NCBI GenBank assembly: GCA_027047045.1
Contig: JALTWL010000290.1
Span: forward strand, 1 to 35,488
Direction of reading: 5' to 3'
Length of the DNA: 35,488 nucleotides
DNA from: Micavibrio sp.
GTDB lineage: Bacteria > Pseudomonadota > Alphaproteobacteria > Micavibrionales > CSBR16-224
The position numbers were made by a program, and so were the translations under genes. The notes under the pieces were generated by a model, which worked only from the letters and a program-made list of their open reading frames with translations, was not told the origin of the DNA and made no database searches. Of the stretch, positions 28,581 to 35,488 are shown one piece after another (the stretch's first letter is position 1; each line of letters starts with the position of its first letter).

Positions 28581-29039
28581 ATGAAAACACTTACTATTAA
28601 ACTAATACTTGCAATTATACTGACAATTATAGTTGTTAAGGTTTACTCTGAACATAAAGCTCCTTCCCCAGATGAGGTAACAGCTCCTAAAGTTACTGTA
28701 GCCAATAAAGTAAATGATGACTTTGCAATAAAAAAACAAAAAATAGTTGAAAATTGTATTCAAGAAGCAACAAAACAAGGAGTAGATACAAAATTAGCTG
28801 ATAAAAATTGTAATTGTTTTGTTAAAATAGCTGAACAAAATTATCCAAAAAATAATACAATAGATATCCTAATGGCCAAAGCAAATAAGGACGGAAATAA
28901 AGAAGAAAAAGCCAATTTTAAAATAATTAAACAATGTTTAGAAAAAAATAAAACAAAAAATATTGATAAATTATCCGTTGATGTTATAGTCGGGCAAGAT
29001 GAGGTTGTTCTACCTCAAAAATCACTTAAGAATAAGTAG
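28581..29039 (+). CDS. Hypothetical secreted or membrane-anchored Lys-rich protein
   Basis: 152 aa with an N-terminal hydrophobic segment LILAIILTIIVV. No recognisable domain. Confidence 0.55.
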   Translation: MKTLTIKLILAIILTIIVVKVYSEHKAPSPDEVTAPKVTVANKVNDDFAIKKQKIVENCIQEATKQGVDTKLADKNCNCFVKIAEQNYPKNNTIDILMAKANKDGNKEEKANFKIIKQCLEKNKTKNIDKLSVDVIVGQDEVVLPQKSLKNK

Positions 29040-29160
29040 CAAATTACAAGCCCTTGACATACACAAAACAATTATGTTAGTTGTGTCATATAGTTATACG
29101 AAGTTGCTAATCTTATTGCTTAATATTTGTTTTGTATAACAATTTTAAGATAGGTTGCCT

Positions 29161-29628
29161 ATGCCCATTTATAGAGAAAAATATTCTAAGATACAAAATG
29201 CTGATATAATAGAAGCTGTAGATAGCCTATTTGACAAAGCATATGGATATGGATTAGTTGAATATAAAATTGCTGTTGAAGATAGGATTGATACGATAAA
29301 TGATATGTTTTTGACTATGTATAAAAATAATGTTATAACCGCATCAGAATTTGAAAAACTTGACAATCCTAGTATAATAATAGATACAATTGCAACACGC
29401 ATAAAATTTATGGAAGATACTAAAATGGAACAAACAAAAAATCAAAAATCAAAAAGTTTAAAACAAATTTTTAGCACTGTTTGGAAAGAAATCAAAAAAT
29501 CTGGCGATGATCAAGATGAAAAAGTATATTTTGAAGCTGGACGGGTAATTGGTAAAAAAATTGACAATACTGCCCAAAAAATAAGTGGAAAAGTAAAAAA
29601 ACGCTTTTACACTTTATTTAGAAAATAA
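29161..29628 (+). CDS. Hypothetical protein
   Basis: ORF in the track (29155-29628). I prefer the ATG at 29161, with AGG 6 nt upstream. A TTGACA -35-like hexamer is at 29055-29060. Confidence 0.5.
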   Translation: MPIYREKYSKIQNADIIEAVDSLFDKAYGYGLVEYKIAVEDRIDTINDMFLTMYKNNVITASEFEKLDNPSIIIDTIATRIKFMEDTKMEQTKNQKSKSLKQIFSTVWKEIKKSGDDQDEKVYFEAGRVIGKKIDNTAQKISGKVKKRFYTLFRK

Positions 29629-29633
29629 TTTAA

Positions 29634-30479
29634 ATGACCAAATCAAAAATAGCATTTCAAGGCAATTTAGGCGCATATTCTGATATGGCTTGTCGTTCTA
29701 TGTGTCCAGAAATGGAGGCCATTGCTTGTAAAACATTTGCCGATAGCTTTCAAGCAATAAAAGATGGGCGCGCAGAATATGCAATGATACCAATAGACAA
29801 TGCAATCGCAGGTAGAGTTGCAGATATTCACCAATTACTACCCAACAGTGGCTTTTATATTATAGGTGAGCATTTTTTACCCATCAATCATTGTTTACTT
29901 GGTACCAAAGATAGTAAAATAGAAGATATAAAACATATATACAGCCATGTGCATGCTTTACCACAATGTAGAAATTTTACTAAAAAACTAAATGCAGAAG
30001 AACATGTATATGGGGACACGGCAAATTCTGCAAAAAAAATATCTATGATGGGGGATAAAAGCTCTGCTGCTATTGCATCATCACTTGCAGCTGAAATATA
30101 TGGTCTTAAAATACTTGCTACAAATATTGCAGATGCTACCTATAACACTACCAGATTTGTATTACTTAGCAAAAAATACTCTATTCCCGAATATAAAAAA
30201 GATAAAAAATATATAACATCACTATTATTTAATGTTAGAAATATACCAGCTGTTTTATATAAAGCACTTGGTGGATTTGCAACCAATAATGTCAACTTGA
30301 CTAAGCTAGAAAGCTACATGGAGGGCGGGCGTTTTGTATCTACCCAATTTTATTGTGAGGTAGAGGCTCATATAGATGAAAAAAACTTACAACTAGCCTT
30401 AGATGAACTAAGCTTTTTTGCAACAGAAATTAAAAATATGGGTACATACGCAGCAGATGCCTATAGAGGCTCTCTATAG
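29634..30479 (+). CDS. pheA: Prephenate dehydratase
   Basis: IAFQGNLGAYSDMA and AMIPIDNAIAGRV, a PDT domain followed by an ACT-like C-terminus (TSLLFNVRNIPAVLYKALGGFA). The TRF motif is present (TTRFVLL). Confidence 0.9.
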   Translation: MTKSKIAFQGNLGAYSDMACRSMCPEMEAIACKTFADSFQAIKDGRAEYAMIPIDNAIAGRVADIHQLLPNSGFYIIGEHFLPINHCLLGTKDSKIEDIKHIYSHVHALPQCRNFTKKLNAEEHVYGDTANSAKKISMMGDKSSAAIASSLAAEIYGLKILATNIADATYNTTRFVLLSKKYSIPEYKKDKKYITSLLFNVRNIPAVLYKALGGFATNNVNLTKLESYMEGGRFVSTQFYCEVEAHIDEKNLQLALDELSFFATEIKNMGTYAADAYRGSL

Positions 30480-30507
30480 AAAATTTGAACAATTAAGTGC
30501 AAATGAA

Positions 30508-31233
30508 TTAGCACCCGTGTTTAAATCTTGTTTTTTTCTTGCGACATTTTTTTCTGGGGGGATTTTCTGCCCATTTTACTATTTTATCTCCTAAAATCAT
30601 CCAAAAAGGCGCAAATGAAAATAGTCCAAATAAACCAAAAGCAGAAAGAGTTTTTTGATCTTGAATGCGATATAGTCGTTTAGATACCGCCTTTGTAAAA
30701 TCTTCCTTACTGGTAATTTGAAGTTCTGAGCTTGTAACATCTTCTCTTGCTTCTTTTAAAAAGCCAAAATCATAATCACTTCTATATATATCACTAACAG
30801 ATTTAGGAGAAACTTCTTCTGATGCCAAATCCCAAAGTTCACTTGCTTGTTTTTCAGAAATATTATTATCTGTTAATATCTTAGAAAATATTTCATTGGC
30901 TGTATTATTAAAATTAAGCTCTATATTATCCACCTCCCGCTCAGAAAAAGGTGCTTTACCATTTTTTACAATATAATCTTTGATATAGTCAAATTTTTGT
31001 GATAGTTCAGATAATTTAGATATATCTTGCTTTATATCTGCAACAACTTGTGGGGCATTATTGGTTACAACATCATCTTCTGCTTTGTCCAAAATTGTAT
31101 ATAAGCCTACAACACCTATTGCAGCCCCAAAAAAAGCAACCATCAAATTAACTGTTTCATCATTTTCCACTATTGTCTTTGCGACCTTGTGTTTTGCACT
31201 GTCAATTTTATGTTTAATGTCCGCCATTTTCAC
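30508..31233 (-). CDS. Hypothetical membrane protein with a polybasic, Cys-containing C-terminal tail
   Basis: 241 aa. Hydrophobic segments LMVAFFGAAIGVVGLYTIL and LSAFGLFGLFSFAPFWMIL. Tail PPRKKCRKKKTRFKHGC. Confidence 0.55.
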   Translation of the reverse strand: MKMADIKHKIDSAKHKVAKTIVENDETVNLMVAFFGAAIGVVGLYTILDKAEDDVVTNNAPQVVADIKQDISKLSELSQKFDYIKDYIVKNGKAPFSEREVDNIELNFNNTANEIFSKILTDNNISEKQASELWDLASEEVSPKSVSDIYRSDYDFGFLKEAREDVTSSELQITSKEDFTKAVSKRLYRIQDQKTLSAFGLFGLFSFAPFWMILGDKIVKWAENPPRKKCRKKKTRFKHGC

Positions 31234-31366
31234 TCTCCAAATAAAAATTATCTTACAACAAGTTATACCTTATACAATTTTACATATTATGTCAATATGT
31301 TTTTTAATTACTCTATAATTATGATTATAGCTATTCTTAAAATTATTTAGACTATTGGTTTAAACG

Positions 31367-31375
31367 CCCCCCCCC
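31367..31375. repeat. Homopolymeric C9 (G9 on the minus strand) tract in the intergenic region upstream of the 241-aa membrane protein gene
   Basis: Counted directly (acg ccccccccc tctcc). It is conspicuous in AT-rich intergenic DNA. Confidence 0.8.
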
Positions 31376-31578
31376 TCTCCAGCATTCTGGGTTATGCAAA
31401 ACAGGGGAGCTGATATCTTCCAATCAACAAAAATACTATTTTTTTTATATCCATTAAAAATTTATATTTGGCGACTTATAGATAATAAAAGAATTTACAC
31501 TGAACATAGTACCGGCGACCACGCACGCTTAGAGCCAACCTATCATTAAAATAATATCTGGTAATTATTTAAGAATAA

Positions 31579-33105
31579 CTAACTTTTAGGACCTCTTTTA
31601 ATACGGCGCCTATTAGTTCTTTTTCTAATCGTTGCCCTATTTATATCACTAATAATTTTAGAAATATCAACCTGTTTTTTATGACGTTCTGGAACATTTT
31701 TCCAAACTATATTCATCTCTTGCAGCCGTCCTGCCCATATTTCTGGTGCTAGAGCCTTATCTAATTGCTTCTTTTCTATTAAAATATCTAAAAGAGAAGT
31801 ACCATTTTTGTTAGTATCCAAAAAGTCCTGTACCTGTAAGTTATTATTTTTATTTTTGTTATTGATTATATTCAATACACTGTCAAAATTACCACTTTTA
31901 GCTGCAACCATCAAAACATTATTACCCAAAACACCTGTCTTCATCTTTAAGTCAGCAACTGTTATATCTTCTCCTCTTTTTTGTAGTCCTTCACGTAAAA
32001 CTTCTATATATTGCCATATGCTACCAAGCCCCAATGGAATAACGTTAGAAACCTGACCTTTACTTGCTGTGATTGGAGTTGTTAATATCTCTCTTGTAAC
32101 ATTTTGAGCATGTATTGAAGATACAGAGCTCTTATATGTCATATCTTCAACTTCAGCCACAACATCATCAAATTTTTTAGATTTAATATTTCTTTGCGCT
32201 GGAAGAAGTTTTTCCCAAAGCGCTAACATTTCTTTTTCACGCCCAACCCAATATTTAGCGGTAAATACCTTATCTAAAGCCCCATGTTGTACCGCACGTT
32301 CAATTATTGATGGCTTTCTACCACGTTTAAAGGTAAGTTCCTCAACACCAAAAAATTCCTCACCCCCTTGTTTTAATGTGGTCATAATTTTATCATAAAC
32401 ACTCCACGCTGCCGCGTGATGAAACATTGTATCACCTTCACGATTAACAAATAACAAATCCTCTTTTTTAAGCGACATATTATTCTCATAGAGTTTTTGC
32501 AAAAAAGCATCAAAAATACCAGATTGCCTAAACATATTTGGAATATCTTTATAATCAACGCCAATTTCTGCTAGTTCATCTTCCCTAAGCTTATGATTGC
32601 TTGGTAAATCTAAAACTTCACGCTTTAGATTAAGTGGAATTGTGCCGCTATCATCACCTGTTATTTCTCTACGTTTTGCGGGGGGCATATAGTACCAAAG
32701 ATTTTCCATCTCTTCAAAACGCCCTTTCCAAACATGGGCATCAAACACAACGTCTAATTTACAATGAGAACTTATACTTTCTATTATAGGCCGTCTGTAA
32801 TAGCTATCATCTGATATTTGTAAAAAATCCTCAGCTGTAAATTCTTCACCATTTTCACGCACTATATCAACTATAAAATGAAAATTATCCCAAGCCCTCT
32901 CATGCGCTAAAAAGCAATTGCCTTTTTCATCTTTAGCCAAAAAATCGGCCTTACTAATAATCTCACCTGCATCTTTAAGCTTTTTATAAAGCCCTTTTAA
33001 ATCTGCATTTTTAAAAGCATCTTTTTGAAAATCTGTAGCTTTTGGATGTTTACAAATAGTAGCAATAAAAGCATTTTTTAAAGAGCCCTTATTTCTATCA
33101 GTCAT
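31579..33105 (-). CDS. Orphan protein built from three copies of a ~105-aa module, with a strongly basic C-terminal tail
   Basis: Modules at aa 51-156, 213-316 and 382-486 (numbering from the track start at 33129). Each ends in W.GR..EM...W...P. Tail RKRTNRRRIKRGPKS. I prefer the ATG at 33105, preceded by GTGGGGAA and lying 1 nt after the upstream stop, over the ATG at 33129. Confidence 0.65.
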   Translation of the reverse strand: MTDRNKGSLKNAFIATICKHPKATDFQKDAFKNADLKGLYKKLKDAGEIISKADFLAKDEKGNCFLAHERAWDNFHFIVDIVRENGEEFTAEDFLQISDDSYYRRPIIESISSHCKLDVVFDAHVWKGRFEEMENLWYYMPPAKRREITGDDSGTIPLNLKREVLDLPSNHKLREDELAEIGVDYKDIPNMFRQSGIFDAFLQKLYENNMSLKKEDLLFVNREGDTMFHHAAAWSVYDKIMTTLKQGGEEFFGVEELTFKRGRKPSIIERAVQHGALDKVFTAKYWVGREKEMLALWEKLLPAQRNIKSKKFDDVVAEVEDMTYKSSVSSIHAQNVTREILTTPITASKGQVSNVIPLGLGSIWQYIEVLREGLQKRGEDITVADLKMKTGVLGNNVLMVAAKSGNFDSVLNIINNKNKNNNLQVQDFLDTNKNGTSLLDILIEKKQLDKALAPEIWAGRLQEMNIVWKNVPERHKKQVDISKIISDINRATIRKRTNRRRIKRGPKS

Positions 33106-33106
33106 T

Positions 33107-33469
33107 TTATTCCCCACTTTCTTCCACATATATCACTTTAGCATCAGCAAATTCAGAACATATCCTACGCAATTGTACAATTGGTAAAATATCCTTAGTT
33201 TTCACACCGTCAGCATTTAAATAAGGGATAAATATAGTTTTAATATCGGTATTTTTAAAAGCCTCCCTAAATTCCTTTAAATTGCTGACCTCTTTTACTG
33301 CACCATCATTCTTTATGATAGAAGTTTCCCAATTTTTATCAACAAAATAAATTTTTGTGCCATGCCCCAGAATTTCAAACCTGTATTCTGTTGCTTTCAT
33401 TCTTGCTGCTATTTTTGCCATTTCCTCCATAGCATTATTTTCATTATTTTTTACTAGCTCTTCTGACAC
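33107..33469 (-). CDS. Hypothetical 120-aa protein, tightly coupled to the downstream repeat protein
   Basis: ORF in the track with no recognisable motifs. Its stop abuts or overlaps the next gene's start. Confidence 0.55.
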   Translation of the reverse strand: MSEELVKNNENNAMEEMAKIAARMKATEYRFEILGHGTKIYFVDKNWETSIIKNDGAVKEVSNLKEFREAFKNTDIKTIFIPYLNADGVKTKDILPIVQLRRICSEFADAKVIYVEESGE

Positions 33470-33543
33470 AATATATCCTTTAGGTAAGATTAACAGCTAA
33501 GATTGTACAAAATTAAGTAACAATCTTAGCTGTATGTTAATAG

Positions 33544-35488
33544 CTACATTTTTCTAGGCGATTTTTTTGCAATCAAATATTTACCAAAATATGGCTCATA
33601 AGAATGCAAAATATCTTCTATATTTGCCTTTTTATTTATATCGCTTAGCTCCCTATCTGTCATATTTTCTGCTCTTTGTGGTTCATTGCGATAGGTCAAA
33701 GCACTTTTAACATTAAGGCGTGTTGCCTCTGTTGTGCCACGAAGTATATCATCTAGAGCCTCACGTATAGCTTCTTTTGCATTATCAGCTGTACGATCAA
33801 CATGGGCAATACCGACCTCACGGAACATTGTTGATAATTTCTTAGATGTACCGTTGCTAACAACTAGTGTTTTTTGGCTATTATTATTAACAATGATATG
33901 CACGGGAACGGCTTCTACATCTCCATTATCATTTGTTGCTTTTACAACAACGGATGTTGCCCCAATGCCTGTATCTGAATTATTCTCAGCAATTCTAAGA
34001 TCATCATCTAACATAACTTCATCTATGCTAGGAGGCAAAATAGAAGTAATATCATCTTCCACAGCAACACCGCTATCAATAAGTCCTTGTTTTACTTCTT
34101 TAATTTTTGCTTCTATTTCAGAAACATCACCACCCAAAGCCTTTAGCTGTTTGATATTTTGCCTCATAAAATCAAGTAGTTCTTTTTGCTTATCTATTAG
34201 CTCACTAGTATTTGGTGGGTTAGAATTTTTTAAGACTTCAACTTCAGCTTCCAGTTCATTTTGCTTATCTATTGTAGAGCTTCTCATAACCAAAAGCCCG
34301 AGATTATTAGCCCTGTCCCATACAGCTTTTAAATTATGGTCACCAACTTTTGGTAAAGCAAGGGTTGTCATAAATGCTTCATACTCGATTAAATCATCAT
34401 ATGTGAACTCAACCTCTGCATCTTCTGGTTTTGCCTCATTGATTATTTTAGCCTCAATGAACGGCTCTGCATGTAGATTTTCGGGGTTAGTATTTGGAAT
34501 AGCAAGAATTTCTGTATGTTCACTATCCTCAAATCTATCTAATACCTCTTTCATTTGAGCCACAGTAATTATATTTTCATTATCTGCAGTAATATCAGGA
34601 TTTTTACTGCGAATATAATCACAAAACATATCTTGAGCAATTTTAATTTGCTCCGTTAAATCTGTGGTATCAAATAGAGAAATATTTAATGCAGATTCAA
34701 CAGATTTTGCATTACTATAAGCACCTTCTTGTAGATGTAAATCTTTAATACCGCATTTTTTCATTAATTCTTCTAGATGCCCATAAAGAGCAGGTTTACC
34801 GACAGCGCCTGCAGTTTCATAGATTTTATGAGCCAAAAGATTAGTTAAGCGAGTACCAAAATTTCTCTCCAAACTTTCTTCTTCTTGCTCCACTATTTCA
34901 GGCTCTTGGTTTGTCCAAGAATTTGGATCTATATCTAGATTATCTGTTGCATCATCTGTGCTCATAGCAGGGCGAATTGGCATTGCATATTGGATATGTT
35001 GAATAACCTTACGAAAATCAATACTGACTTCTTTTTGATATTCTTCATCAATTTCCTCAACCAAATTACCATCTTTGAGCATAGCAAGGTCAGGGTCTGT
35101 AAGTTCTGCCCAGCCTTGATAAAATTCAGCAAGTTTTTCCGTTGCAATCAAAACATTTTTCCAATTTTTAATTAAGGAAATTTGTATTTGTGGAATATTT
35201 GCCTTTTCATCTTCGCTAAGCCCTGCAGTTCTCCAATGCATAAGCATCTCTGTAAATTTATCAGGATTAGCATCTGCTGCTTTACGATATGTTGAATATA
35301 AGGTAGAAATTGGCAGTCCAGTCATAATCTGGCAAATTCTATGTTGCCAATCCATCAATGTTGGCTTTGGAATAGTAACTGGAGTTAATCTTGAATAAAC
35401 AGATTTATTCAAAGAGCGCGTTGTCGTGCCGTCTTCAACGGCGTTCCCTGTTAAAATCAATCCCCACCCAGCTTTCACATCTTCACGT
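33544..35488 (-). CDS. Large acidic hypothetical protein, 5' end outside the window
   Basis: The frame stays open to the window edge (..REDVKAGWGLILTGNAVEDGTTT..). At least 648 aa are visible, with Asp/Glu-rich stretches and no motif I can assign. Confidence 0.6.
   Translation of the reverse strand, partial: REDVKAGWGLILTGNAVEDGTTTRSLNKSVYSRLTPVTIPKPTLMDWQHRICQIMTGLPISTLYSTYRKAADANPDKFTEMLMHWRTAGLSEDEKANIPQIQISLIKNWKNVLIATEKLAEFYQGWAELTDPDLAMLKDGNLVEEIDEEYQKEVSIDFRKVIQHIQYAMPIRPAMSTDDATDNLDIDPNSWTNQEPEIVEQEEESLERNFGTRLTNLLAHKIYETAGAVGKPALYGHLEELMKKCGIKDLHLQEGAYSNAKSVESALNISLFDTTDLTEQIKIAQDMFCDYIRSKNPDITADNENIITVAQMKEVLDRFEDSEHTEILAIPNTNPENLHAEPFIEAKIINEAKPEDAEVEFTYDDLIEYEAFMTTLALPKVGDHNLKAVWDRANNLGLLVMRSSTIDKQNELEAEVEVLKNSNPPNTSELIDKQKELLDFMRQNIKQLKALGGDVSEIEAKIKEVKQGLIDSGVAVEDDITSILPPSIDEVMLDDDLRIAENNSDTGIGATSVVVKATNDNGDVEAVPVHIIVNNNSQKTLVVSNGTSKKLSTMFREVGIAHVDRTADNAKEAIREALDDILRGTTEATRLNVKSALTYRNEPQRAENMTDRELSDINKKANIEDILHSYEPYFGKYLIAKKSPRKM

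Overview
This is an AT-rich bacterial chromosomal segment. The bamD-recN-ligA block plus priA, tal and pheA suggest an alphaproteobacterium, possibly an intracellular or symbiotic lineage; that assignment is inference. There are four zones. (1) 1-1600: the 3' end of an IS transposase cut by the window edge, a small acidic ORF that runs antisense into that IS, and an NYN (PIN-like) RNase-domain gene. (2) 1625-15401: a surface-polysaccharide (O-antigen/capsule-like) locus, mostly one tightly packed minus-strand operon. It encodes GT2, an AsnB-type amidotransferase, a deacetylase-like protein, half a methyltransferase, an unknown 516-aa protein, a DegT aminotransferase, a possible acyltransferase, a methyltransferase, a Wzx flippase and a large polytopic membrane protein. 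A 5'-truncated GT4 gene and wecB complete it. (3) 15402-20970: a gene-poor insert of about 5.6 kb. Its only large gene encodes a 1109-aa protein combining an N-terminal winged helix with Z-alpha-like signature residues, an Upf1-like SF1B helicase and a C-terminal Vsr/DUF559-type endonuclease. About 0.9 kb and 0.6 kb of apparently non-coding, hairpin-rich DNA flank it. This is my best candidate for an undescribed single-gene nucleic-acid-targeting (defence-like) module. (4) 20971-35488: housekeeping genes (ligA, recN, bamD, priA, tal, pheA) interspersed with orphan genes. These include a protein built from three copies of a module of about 105 aa, and a large acidic protein that runs off the window. 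I saw no rRNA, tRNA or CRISPR array. All functional calls come from reading the translated ORFs; no database search was possible.
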